A stretch of 64,000 nucleotides of DNA. It comes from Acidobacteriota bacterium. GTDB taxonomy: Bacteria; Acidobacteriota; Vicinamibacteria; Vicinamibacterales; JAKQTR01. The stretch's first letter is position 1, and every line of letters begins with the position of its first letter. Under the pieces are notes generated by a model. It searched no databases. It had not been told where the DNA came from and saw only the letters and a list, made by a program, of their open reading frames with translations. The stretch lies in contig JBAXOX010000011.1 of NCBI GenBank assembly GCA_037133015.1, positions 4,479-68,478 of the forward strand, given 5' to 3'. A program made the position numbers and the translations under genes. This document shows, one piece after another, positions 26,780 to 36,001 of this stretch.

Positions 26780-28756
26780 ATGAACAACACATCGTGTCAG
26801 TGGGTGGGTGCGCTGGTGGTCTCGATGATCGGCCTGATGCCCGCCGCCGAGGTGGCCGCGCAGAGCCGCCCGGCGCCGGCGCCCGAGTTCGATATCCGTG
26901 CCCACTACACGAAGTACGAGGCGCGCATCCCCATGCGCGACGGCAAGCGCCTGTTTACGTCGATCTACGTTCCGAAGGACACATCGAAGACCTATCCCTT
27001 CCTGATGACGCGCACCCCGTACACCGTCGGGCCGTACGGCGCGGACAACTACCGGCAACGACTGGGTCCCTCCGAGTCGTTCGATCGTGCCGGCTACGTC
27101 TTCGTGTTCCAGGATGTCCGCGGGCGGTACATGTCGGAAGGCGCGTTCGTCGAGATGCGGCCCCACATCGACGCTCCGCGCGGAAACCAGGACGTCGACG
27201 AAAGCACCGACACCTACGACACGGTGGAGTGGTTGTTGAAGAACGTCGCGAACAACAACGGCAAGGTGGGGATTTGGGGAATTTCTTATCCCGGGTTCTT
27301 CACGGCTGCCAGCATCATCGACTCGCATCCGGCCATCAAGGCCGCCTCGCCCGAAGCGCCGATGACCGACCTGTTCTTCACCGACGATGGCTACCACGGA
27401 GGCGCGTTTCAGCTGGGGGCGAACTTCGGGTTCTACACCTCGTTCCGACCGCGCGACCCCGTGCCCTGCAGCATGCCCCCGTGCAAGAGCGCGGGCGGCG
27501 AGCCCACGTTGCCACCCAAGTCCAGCATCCCGTTCGACTACGGCACCACGGACGGCTACCGGTTCTTTCTCGATCACGCCGTCCCGCTGTCGAAACTCGA
27601 TGCGCTGTTCACCGAGCCCAATTGGCTCTTCCAGGATCAGGTGCATCACGCGACGTACGACGCGTACTGGCAGGCCCGCGACCTGTCGCGCCACATGCAC
27701 GGCATCAAGTGCGCGGTGCTCACGGTCGGCGGGTGGTTCGATGCCGAAGACCTGAACGGCCCGTTCAAGACCTACCACGCCATCGAACAGCAGAACCCCG
27801 GCATCTCCAACGCCATCGTCGTCGGCCCCTGGGTGCACGGCGGATGGGCGCGCTGGCAGGGCGCCAGCCTGGGTCGTGTCCAGTTCGCCTCGAACACCGG
27901 CGAGTTCTGGCGCGAACACATCATCCTTCCGTTCTTCGAGCAGCATCTGAAGGGCAACGGCGACGCCCGTCTGCCGGAAGCGTACATGTTCGAGACCGGC
28001 ACCAATCAGTGGCGGGAGTTCACAGAGTGGCCTCCGAAGAAGGTGCAGGCCAAGCCGCTGTATTTCCATGCCGGTGGAAAGTTGTCGTTCGACCCGCCAG
28101 CCGAGGCGCAGCCGTCGTTCGACGAGTACGTGAGCGATCCGGAGCATCCGGTGCCGTTCATTCCGTACACCAACGTGGGCCGCACCGAGCAGGAATACAT
28201 GGTCGCCGACCAACGTGTGTTCGCGCGGCGCCCCGACGTTCTCGTGTACCAGACCGACCCGCTCGACCAGGACGTGACGGTGGCCGGTCCGATCTCGGCC
28301 AAGCTCCGCGTATCCACGTCGAGCACCGACTCGGACTTCGTCGTCAAGCTCATCGACGTCTTCCCGAACGATTATCCCGAGCCGGAGGCGACGCCTGCCA
28401 CTCGGCCGACCGACGTTCCGCTGCCGACCGAACGGATGGCGGGCTACCAGATGCTCGTGCGCGGCGAGCCGATGCGCGCGAAGTTCCGCAACAACTGGGA
28501 GAAGCCCGAAGCGATGACACCCGGCAAGGTCGAGGCCGTCAACGTGGACATGCCCGACGTGCTGCACACGTTCCGTCGAGGCCACCGCATCATGGTCCAG
28601 GTGCAGAGTTCGTGGTTCCCGCTCACCGACCTGAACCCGCAGACCTTCGTCGACATTCCGAACGCCAAGGCGTCGGATTTCAAGAAGGCGACCGAGCGTG
28701 TGTATCACGACAAAGCCGATGCCTCGCGGGTGATGCTGGGAGTACTCGGGAAGTAG
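26780..28756 (+). CDS. CocE/NonD-family (S15, X-Pro dipeptidyl-peptidase-like) hydrolase, secreted
   Basis: Signal peptide present. IPMRDGKRLFTSIYVPKD...YPFLMTRTPY, nucleophile GISYPGF, and a large C-terminal beta-sandwich region ending ERVYHD. Confidence 0.8.
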   Translation: MNNTSCQWVGALVVSMIGLMPAAEVAAQSRPAPAPEFDIRAHYTKYEARIPMRDGKRLFTSIYVPKDTSKTYPFLMTRTPYTVGPYGADNYRQRLGPSESFDRAGYVFVFQDVRGRYMSEGAFVEMRPHIDAPRGNQDVDESTDTYDTVEWLLKNVANNNGKVGIWGISYPGFFTAASIIDSHPAIKAASPEAPMTDLFFTDDGYHGGAFQLGANFGFYTSFRPRDPVPCSMPPCKSAGGEPTLPPKSSIPFDYGTTDGYRFFLDHAVPLSKLDALFTEPNWLFQDQVHHATYDAYWQARDLSRHMHGIKCAVLTVGGWFDAEDLNGPFKTYHAIEQQNPGISNAIVVGPWVHGGWARWQGASLGRVQFASNTGEFWREHIILPFFEQHLKGNGDARLPEAYMFETGTNQWREFTEWPPKKVQAKPLYFHAGGKLSFDPPAEAQPSFDEYVSDPEHPVPFIPYTNVGRTEQEYMVADQRVFARRPDVLVYQTDPLDQDVTVAGPISAKLRVSTSSTDSDFVVKLIDVFPNDYPEPEATPATRPTDVPLPTERMAGYQMLVRGEPMRAKFRNNWEKPEAMTPGKVEAVNVDMPDVLHTFRRGHRIMVQVQSSWFPLTDLNPQTFVDIPNAKASDFKKATERVYHDKADASRVMLGVLGK

Positions 28757-28770
28757 CCGTAGTCCGTGGT

Positions 28771-28813
28771 CGGTGATCGGTGATCGGTGGTCAGTGATCA
28801 GTGATCGATCACC
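28771..28813. repeat. Heptamer micro-array (G/A)GTG(A/G)TC x5 ending in the palindrome GGTGATCGATCACC
   Basis: CGGTGATC GGTGATC GGTGGTC AGTGATC AGTGATC GATCACC lies between the convergent peptidase and addA-like genes. It contains five GATC sites in 43 nt. A related 10-mer doublet, CGTGATCAGA CGTGATCACA, lies at 56501-56520. Confidence 0.7.
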
Positions 28814-28843
28814 GGCCGAAGCCTCACGTCTTCGATCCGGCGT

Positions 28844-31800
28844 CTACGTCGGTCGGTCTGTGACGGCCACGATCAGTCCCTGCAGCACCAGGTGGATGAA
28901 GCAGCCGGCGACGCGCGTACCGGTCGCCGTCGCGATGGCCTCCGCGTACGTCCAGACCTGTCCCGTGTAGCCCGCGGCCGCCTCGAGCGCCTCGTCGCGA
29001 TTGCCGCCCACACACTTGTAGTCCACCAGCACAACGCTGTCGGTCTCCATCAGCACCATGTCTGCGTAGCCGACAAGTTCGGTGCCGCTCGACTGACGCA
29101 GCCGGACGGGCCACTCCCGGCGCGTGCGGGCGGTCGACCAACGACGCGCGGTCCACGTCCGCAACGCATCAGCTGCAGCCACCAGGTCTTCGGCGCGTAA
29201 CGCACCCTGAACAGTCCAGCGTTTCAGAACGGCGCCTGCGATCGCGAGGCGATCGGGTGTCGCCAATCCGGCCGCATCAGCCGCAAAAAACGCGTGCACC
29301 GCGCTGCCCAGCGCCGTCCACTCGACGGGGGGCTGAACGAATACGGCAGATCCGATCGTCTCGATTTCGCCAAGCGCGCCGGCGCGGGCGATGCTCGACA
29401 TGGTCTGGCTGGCTGGAGGATAGTCGCGCGGCCCCGCCGCGTCGTAGCCGAGGCCAGGCTCGGGCATCGACACCGAGGCATCGCCGGGTGCGACCGAACG
29501 AATCCGAGCCTCCACCGCGCGTCCGGCCCATGTGCACGCCACGCCAGGACCGGGCTCGACGACCAGTGCCGTGCCGTCGGCGCTCCGGAGCAGGCCAAGC
29601 GCGGTGCCAATGATCTTGCCGGGCTTCCCGGCCAGAACCAACCGGTCCTTGGCGCGCGTCCAGCCCACGTAGAGAAGCCGCAGCATCTCCCGGGTCTCGC
29701 GCGTTTCGGCGGCTGCGTGCTCGGAACCGAGGCTCACCCGTTCGTGGAGGGCCGTCGAACTTTGCGGCGCATACGGATCCGGCCAGTAGCGAATCCAACG
29801 GCCGCCCAGCGGATCGGCAAAGTCGAAATGGGTCCGGTCGCTTTCCAGATGCACGCCAAATGCCGTGGGCGTTCGGGTGGAATCAATGTCGTAGAGCACC
29901 GTCACGGGCCACTCAAGACCCTTCGCACTGTGCAGCGTGCCGACAAAGACCGCGTCCGATCCGGTCAGCACGGCCTGCTGGTCCTTCTCCTCCTCTTCGA
30001 GCGATCGAAGATGCGCGACCAGTCCCGCGACCGTCGCCGCCTCGCCGTCCACCTGGCAGGCGGCCACGTAACGGTGCGCCAATGCGCGCAGTACGTCGAG
30101 ATTGCCGAGGCGCTGATCCGGACGGCCCCACTGCAGGCAGGCCTCGCGAAGGCCGACGGCCTCGATGGCCGCGTCGAATGCCTCGAGCGGCCCGGCCATC
30201 GGCATACGCGCGGTGGCCTCCGCGATGCGAACGACCTCCGCCTGGGTCTCGAACGCCTTTCCCGGCGCGACAAGCACCCCGGCGACCCACGCGTCCTCGT
30301 CGTCCGGATATGCCAGCACGCGGCCCAACTCCGCCGCCGCCAGCGACTGCGTGGGCTCGACCCAGAGTTGCAGCGCGGCGAGCGTGATGCGGGCTTCCGC
30401 CGATCGCGTCAGCCCTTGTCGGGGGCGGACCGCAGGGATTCCACGCGACTCGAGCGCCTGCGTCACGCGCTCACAACTGGTGTGTGCGCGACACAGCACG
30501 GCGACGTCTCGCCGTTGAACCCGGCGCGGCTCGTTGGTCAGCACATCGCGGACCAGCACGTGCGAATCGTCGATCAGTTCGCGAACCGCGGCGGCCAGCG
30601 CGGCAGACTGCTCGTCTTTGATGCGGCCCCCCAGCTGCCAGATTTCGACCACCGGGCCGAGCGTGTCGGGAACCGCCTCGATCGCGGGTGCTGGCTCGAG
30701 TCGAACCCGCTCGGCGGGTATGCCTTGCGGCCCGAATGCCGGCGCAAATACGTCCGACGTCAGTCGAACCAACTCCGGTCGGCTTCGATAGGAATGCGGC
30801 AGCGTCTTCTGTGCCGACGCGCCGTCGCGTTCGAGCAGCGCCGCCAGCGCGGCATCCATCAGCGCAGGATCGGTCCCGCGGAATCCGTAGATGGCCTGCT
30901 TCTGGTCGCCCACCCAGACACTGCTGGGCGCCACGCGCGACAGCGCCAGAAAGATATCGAGCTGCAGCGGGCTGGTGTCCTGGAATTCGTCCACCAGGAC
31001 CAGGTCCACTTGTTCGCGCAGAATGTCCTGAACCTCGGGCCGGCGCATCAGCTCGAGGGCCTTCACCTCCTGGTCGATAAAGTCCATCACGCCCCACGCA
31101 CGCTTGTGGGCCGCGTACGCCTCAAGCGCCTGCGCCGCCAGCTCAAAGACCAGCGTGATGCACGTCCGCACGTCCTCGCGCAGCAGCGGATGTGGTTGGT
31201 GGCCCCGCGCCGCCTCGCGCACCGGTTCGGCCAGGGCGCGGGACTTCGCGCCTGGCTTGGCGGCTGCCAGTTTGGCCCATGCCCACCACGTGAGCGGCCG
31301 ACCGGCCTTCAGACTCGATTCCGCCTGGCGTACCAGCGACAGCAGATCGGCCGTATCCTTCGTGGTGTCGATGGCCGGCGGGACGAACTCGCTCACCGCC
31401 CGCATCAGCGTCTGTTCCAGCGGGGCACCCTCTGCGGCTGCGGGACCCAGATACCCGAGCAGGCCGTCGACGCTCCGTGTCGCAGACTCGCGCAGCATCT
31501 CCGCCGTCATCGCGTTGGCCCGCGCGCGGCTGGCGATGGTCCGCACGTCTTTGGGCCAGTCGAGTTCCTTCCAGCGCTCCTTGAGCTCGGTGAGCGTGGC
31601 GCTGGCATCCCCGGCGAAGGCGAGGGCAGCGCCGTCCTCGTCGCGCGACCGCGCGACGCCCACCACGTTCGACAGCGCGTGCTGGAACGCCTCTTCGGCC
31701 GCCTCTTCGTCGAGGACCTGCGTCTCGGGCGAGATGCCGAGTTCGAGCGCGAAGTCTGTCACCAGCTGCCCGCAGATGGAGTTGACCGTCCCGATGCGGG

Positions 31801-32038
31801 ACGCGCCCAGTCGATGGGCCTTGTCGACGTGCCCCGCCTCGAGCAATCGCGACCGCACGCGCTCACGCAGTTCGGCGGCCGCCTTGACGGTGAACGTCGT
31901 GGCCACGATGCCTTCTGGACGGACCGGGTCCTCGGCGCGCGTGATGGCCTGCTCCAGTTCGTCGACCAGGCGATGCGTCTTTCCGCTGCCCGCGCTGGCG
32001 GAAATCAGCAGGATCGGACCGGGGCCTGTGCCGCTCAT
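28844..32038 (-). CDS. addA: UvrD/Rep-family helicase with C-terminal RecB-type nuclease (AddA-like)
   Basis: ATG at 32038 (ATGA overlap with the upstream gene). Walker A ISASAGSGKTHRL, motif II VLVDEFQDTSPLQ. The C-terminal PD-(D/E)XK motif is GYADMV...VLVDYK. The track start at 32443 adds a Gly/Arg-rich extension inside the previous gene. Confidence 0.75.
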   Translation of the reverse strand: MSGTGPGPILLISASAGSGKTHRLVDELEQAITRAEDPVRPEGIVATTFTVKAAAELRERVRSRLLEAGHVDKAHRLGASRIGTVNSICGQLVTDFALELGISPETQVLDEEAAEEAFQHALSNVVGVARSRDEDGAALAFAGDASATLTELKERWKELDWPKDVRTIASRARANAMTAEMLRESATRSVDGLLGYLGPAAAEGAPLEQTLMRAVSEFVPPAIDTTKDTADLLSLVRQAESSLKAGRPLTWWAWAKLAAAKPGAKSRALAEPVREAARGHQPHPLLREDVRTCITLVFELAAQALEAYAAHKRAWGVMDFIDQEVKALELMRRPEVQDILREQVDLVLVDEFQDTSPLQLDIFLALSRVAPSSVWVGDQKQAIYGFRGTDPALMDAALAALLERDGASAQKTLPHSYRSRPELVRLTSDVFAPAFGPQGIPAERVRLEPAPAIEAVPDTLGPVVEIWQLGGRIKDEQSAALAAAVRELIDDSHVLVRDVLTNEPRRVQRRDVAVLCRAHTSCERVTQALESRGIPAVRPRQGLTRSAEARITLAALQLWVEPTQSLAAAELGRVLAYPDDEDAWVAGVLVAPGKAFETQAEVVRIAEATARMPMAGPLEAFDAAIEAVGLREACLQWGRPDQRLGNLDVLRALAHRYVAACQVDGEAATVAGLVAHLRSLEEEEKDQQAVLTGSDAVFVGTLHSAKGLEWPVTVLYDIDSTRTPTAFGVHLESDRTHFDFADPLGGRWIRYWPDPYAPQSSTALHERVSLGSEHAAAETRETREMLRLLYVGWTRAKDRLVLAGKPGKIIGTALGLLRSADGTALVVEPGPGVACTWAGRAVEARIRSVAPGDASVSMPEPGLGYDAAGPRDYPPASQTMSSIARAGALGEIETIGSAVFVQPPVEWTALGSAVHAFFAADAAGLATPDRLAIAGAVLKRWTVQGALRAEDLVAAADALRTWTARRWSTARTRREWPVRLRQSSGTELVGYADMVLMETDSVVLVDYKCVGGNRDEALEAAAGYTGQVWTYAEAIATATGTRVAGCFIHLVLQGLIVAVTDRPT

Positions 32039-34644
32039 ATGGCCTCCTCGAATGCCCGGCCACATAGCGCGTCGTAGTCGCAATACTGACATCCTGGCGG
32101 CACACGCAGCCTGCCGTCTTCCACGCAGGCCTCCTTCAACATCTGATCGTTGCTGTCGCCTGTGACGCCGCGCGCGCCAATTCGCCCGGCGGCCACCGCC
32201 TTCCATTCCAAGCCGTGCGTCGCTTCGACCAGTCGCCACGTCTCCTCTGGCGCCGGACCTTTCACCACCTCCGCGTTCGCAAATGCCGTGGAGTCGGTCG
32301 TCATCAGCCGCTGTCCGTCCATCACGAAGTACCCGACCGGCGGGAATGCGCCGTGTCCCTGCCGCTCCAGCAACGAGTACGCCGCCAGCTGGATCGCGGC
32401 CCCCACTTCGAGCAGCCGGCGTTTCCTCGCCGCCCCGGCCCATTTCAAATCCAGAATGCGGGGCGGATCGCCCATCACCAGATCGACGCGTCCGGCGAAG
32501 GTCGTGCCGAGCGCGGCCCCTGTGCGTTCCTGCTCGGTGGAGATGACGTGCAGGCGGCCTGCCGCCATGAGCGCATAGAGGGATCGCGCCGTCGTGGTGG
32601 CCACCCGGCGCACGTGGACTCGCTGCGCATCCCTGCCAGGCAGGAAGAGCGCCGCCACCAACCGCGGTCCTTCGCGATCGAAGACCTCTCCCGCCTCTCG
32701 CGCCGCGTCGTCGGGTTGTCGCGCCGGCCCGTCGAACAGCCGGTTCATGATGCGGTGCAGCAACTCTCCGAGCACGCGCGGGCTCGTGCCTTCCTCAACC
32801 TGCGAGGATTCGGGTCCGGCGATCTTTCCGACGTACCGCAGCACCCACTGAAACGGGCATCCGAACAGCGTTTCGATGCTGCTCGGGGATTCTTTGTCGC
32901 GGCGCGTGATCGGGACCCCTGCCACGTCCCAGTCGCGGCGTGGAGCGGGCAGCCGAAGCCGTGGTCGGCGGCGCCGCGGGACATCCTGGTCGAGCGACGT
33001 GCGCAGCAGGGCGGCCTCGGCGATGCGACGTGTGTTGGTGGCCCTGACGCGCGAGACCAGTTCGTCCCACAGCGGATGCGGATGCAGGGCTTCGCCCTCG
33101 ACATCTTTCTCCGGGCACACCAGGAGCAACCGCTCGCTCGCCTGAGCCAACGGGCGCAGCCAGCGTCGCGCTTGCGCTGCCGCCAGCTGGCCAGGATCCG
33201 GCAGCATCACACCCAGCGACCGGAGCTCCGTGTGTTCGGCACGCGTCAGCGGCAGCCGGCCGATGCTTTGCGCGGTGCTCGCGTTGAAATCCCACCAGAC
33301 GATGACGGGGGCTGGACCGGCGACACCGCCCGGGGACCCGACGTGCGCGATGCCCGCCTGTGGGGGGAAGGGACTCTCAGCGCCTGCGCCCTCGGTGGCT
33401 TCGATCACCAGGTGGCGCACCTGTGCGGCGCTCAACTCCTGCAGCCCCGCGTGCTGGACCAGATCGATCAGGCTGCCGCATTGCGCGGCTGCGGCGCCCC
33501 ATTTGTCTCGGTCCTGGCCGGCGACGGCCATGCGGCCGCCCAACCACGTGCGAAGCATGGCCACGCGCCGCACCAGTTCCGGCATCGGGTACTGTCCGGA
33601 ACGCGAGACGCGCGCGTCCCACAGCACGGCCATGCGCTGTTTTACGCGGTCGCGCCGGACCGGGTCTTCGATGGCGGCGAGTCCCGCAGCCATGGCTTCG
33701 CGCCACTGGTCGCTATCGACGGCGGGCCACTTGGCCAGCGCCCCCTTGAGCCGCCAGCGCAGTTCGGACGGCACCGGACTCGACGTCAACGACAGCAGTT
33801 CGTAGGCGCGCTGCGGGTCTTGTGGCGTCCAGCCGAGGTCCAGCACCAGCGGCAGGATCTGAAGCGGCGCGCCATCACGCCGTTCGTGTGACGCGCCCAT
33901 CGTCGGCAAGCCATGACGGTGCAGCGCGGCATCCAGAGCCGGGTCGCCTGAGACGATGAGCACGTCTGATAAACGGCCGAGCGACGCCAGCCATGCCGCG
34001 ACGTCTTCTGCAGCCGCCAGCGGGCCTGAGGCACGCAACAGACGCAACGTGCCGTCGCCGTTGGGCACAAATCGTTTCTCGCGGGCACCGGAAAGGTCGG
34101 TCGCGTTGGCACTCTGGACAGAGGGCAACGCCGTTTCGATGACGCGCGTGCCGCGACGTTCGAGCACGTCGAACGTCCGGCGCCACAGCGGTTCCAGTTC
34201 CTCGCGCGGCGCGTACAGCTCGACCGAGTCGATATCGGCAGATCGGCATGCCATCGCGTTGTGGATCGCGCGCAGTCGATCCGGCACGCCGGGCGCTGCG
34301 GCCGCGGTCAGCGCCGCGAGCGCTGCCAGTCGCGGCTGTGCGCCTTCGCCGTGCCAGCCCGCCATGGCGAACGTGTCGCGCCATGTGAGCAGGCGGCGCG
34401 CGGTGGCAAACGGGTCCACCTCTGCGGATGTCGACCAGAAGCCGTGGGTGCTGCGAATCGACGGCACGAGCATCGCCGCCCGCTCGCGAGAGGTGTGCTC
34501 CGGCCCGCCCAGCCCAAGGGCTGTTTCCAGAAGCTGGACCAATTGCGACGGACCGACCCAGTCCTCTCCGGCGGCAGCCGGTCCGCCACGCAGGGGGCCC
34601 GGCCAGCAGCCTTTGTCGAAGTCGGCATCGAAGACGACGCGCAT
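32035..34644 (-). CDS. addB: PD-(D/E)XK nuclease subunit with 4-Cys cluster (AddB-like), no Walker A
   Basis: Probable ATG at 34644 (MRVVFDADFDKG, AGGGG 7 nt upstream). The C-terminal nuclease motif is GRVDLVM...ILDLKW. The Cys set (FGCPFQW ... CQYCDYDALC) matches the AddB/Cas4 iron-sulfur staple. It is translationally coupled to the helicase gene. Confidence 0.65.
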   Translation of the reverse strand: MRVVFDADFDKGCWPGPLRGGPAAAGEDWVGPSQLVQLLETALGLGGPEHTSRERAAMLVPSIRSTHGFWSTSAEVDPFATARRLLTWRDTFAMAGWHGEGAQPRLAALAALTAAAAPGVPDRLRAIHNAMACRSADIDSVELYAPREELEPLWRRTFDVLERRGTRVIETALPSVQSANATDLSGAREKRFVPNGDGTLRLLRASGPLAAAEDVAAWLASLGRLSDVLIVSGDPALDAALHRHGLPTMGASHERRDGAPLQILPLVLDLGWTPQDPQRAYELLSLTSSPVPSELRWRLKGALAKWPAVDSDQWREAMAAGLAAIEDPVRRDRVKQRMAVLWDARVSRSGQYPMPELVRRVAMLRTWLGGRMAVAGQDRDKWGAAAAQCGSLIDLVQHAGLQELSAAQVRHLVIEATEGAGAESPFPPQAGIAHVGSPGGVAGPAPVIVWWDFNASTAQSIGRLPLTRAEHTELRSLGVMLPDPGQLAAAQARRWLRPLAQASERLLLVCPEKDVEGEALHPHPLWDELVSRVRATNTRRIAEAALLRTSLDQDVPRRRRPRLRLPAPRRDWDVAGVPITRRDKESPSSIETLFGCPFQWVLRYVGKIAGPESSQVEEGTSPRVLGELLHRIMNRLFDGPARQPDDAAREAGEVFDREGPRLVAALFLPGRDAQRVHVRRVATTTARSLYALMAAGRLHVISTEQERTGAALGTTFAGRVDLVMGDPPRILDLKWAGAARKRRLLEVGAAIQLAAYSLLERQGHGAFPPVGYFVMDGQRLMTTDSTAFANAEVVKGPAPEETWRLVEATHGLEWKAVAAGRIGARGVTGDSNDQMLKEACVEDGRLRVPPGCQYCDYDALCGRAFEEAI

Positions 34645-34750
34645 CTGAGGCCCCTGTGTATCCGACAGACTCGATTGGTCGCCGCGGCGACCGCGCGCTT
34701 CCGCGTGACGCGCGATGAGGGGAACGCCAGCCACTCACGACCCCGCCAAG

Positions 34751-36001
34751 TCAGGCGAGCGCGCGCCCCTTGGTTTCCGGTATCCAAATCCAGGCGATGG
34801 CCGCCAGGACGAAGGCCACGGCTGCAACACCGAACGCCACGCCGAAGCCACGCCCTGCAGCCAGCGACCCGACCGCGTACGGCGCCACCGCGCTGGCGAG
34901 GCGCCCGATGTTGTAGGTGAAGCCCTGGGCGGTCGCTCGAATCTCGGTCGGATAGATCTCGGCGGTGACCGCGCCGAATCCCGTAAAATAGCCGGTCGCA
35001 AAGAAGGCCGTCACCGGGCCCAGCACCAGGAGCACCAGCGGTGTCCGCGTCAGACTGTAGCTCATCAGGAGTGCCGCGGCGGTGAGCACGTAGATCACAT
35101 ACGCCCGTTTACGACCAATCGCATCGCTGATGAACCCGAACGAGACGTAGCCAAACCACATGCCGACCTGCATCGCGATGATGAACCCGGACATCACGCG
35201 CGTGGAGAGCCCGATGCCGCCATCGGTCACCGGCAGCATCAAGTACGCCGGGATCCACTGGTTGAATCCCCACCAGGCGAACATCGTACACGCGTTCATC
35301 AGCGTCACCGGCACCGTAAAGCGCAGCAGATCGCCTTTGAAGATGTCTCGCAGTCGGGCACCAGACCCAATCGATCGGCCTTGACGCTCGCGCCACATGG
35401 CCGGTTCCTCGACCCGTTTCTGCACCCAGATGGTCAACAGCGCCGGCAGCACGCCGACAAAGAACACCGCTCGCCAGCCCCAGACCGGCATCACGATCGC
35501 CACGACGAGGGCGGCCGCCGCGTAGCCAACCGCCCAGGCACTCTGCATAAAGCCGAGGGCCTTGCCTCGGTACTCCGCCGGCCACGTCTCCGACACCAGG
35601 GCGGCGCCGCTCGCCCACTCCCCACCCATGCCAAGGCCGAGGCAGACGCGAAAGACGGCCAACTGCATCACCGTCTGCGCGAACCCGCACATGGCGGTAA
35701 ACACGGAGTAGATCAGGATGCTCGCGATAAGAGCCCGCGTGCGCCCAAACCGGTCCGCGATGACCCCGAACGCAAGCCCCCCAACCGCGGAGGCGACCAG
35801 CGTGACCGAACCCAGCAGGCCGGCCGTATCTTTGCTGATGCCGAGATCCCTGATGAGCGCCGCCAGCACCAGCGCGTACAGCATCACGTCGAAGCTGTCG
35901 AGCATCCAGCCGAGGCCGCCAGCCACCAGCGCTCGTCGTCCTTCGGGCGTGCCGGAACGCCACCACCCAAACCAGCCGGACGCGTCGACTGCGGTCGTCA
36001 T
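34751..36001 (-). CDS. MFS transporter
   Basis: ATG at 36001 (ATGA overlap with the pxpC stop). It has 12 hydrophobic segments and the MFS loop IADRFGRTRAL. The track start at 36244 is an Arg-rich artefact. Confidence 0.8.
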   Translation of the reverse strand: MTTAVDASGWFGWWRSGTPEGRRALVAGGLGWMLDSFDVMLYALVLAALIRDLGISKDTAGLLGSVTLVASAVGGLAFGVIADRFGRTRALIASILIYSVFTAMCGFAQTVMQLAVFRVCLGLGMGGEWASGAALVSETWPAEYRGKALGFMQSAWAVGYAAAALVVAIVMPVWGWRAVFFVGVLPALLTIWVQKRVEEPAMWRERQGRSIGSGARLRDIFKGDLLRFTVPVTLMNACTMFAWWGFNQWIPAYLMLPVTDGGIGLSTRVMSGFIIAMQVGMWFGYVSFGFISDAIGRKRAYVIYVLTAAALLMSYSLTRTPLVLLVLGPVTAFFATGYFTGFGAVTAEIYPTEIRATAQGFTYNIGRLASAVAPYAVGSLAAGRGFGVAFGVAAVAFVLAAIAWIWIPETKGRALA

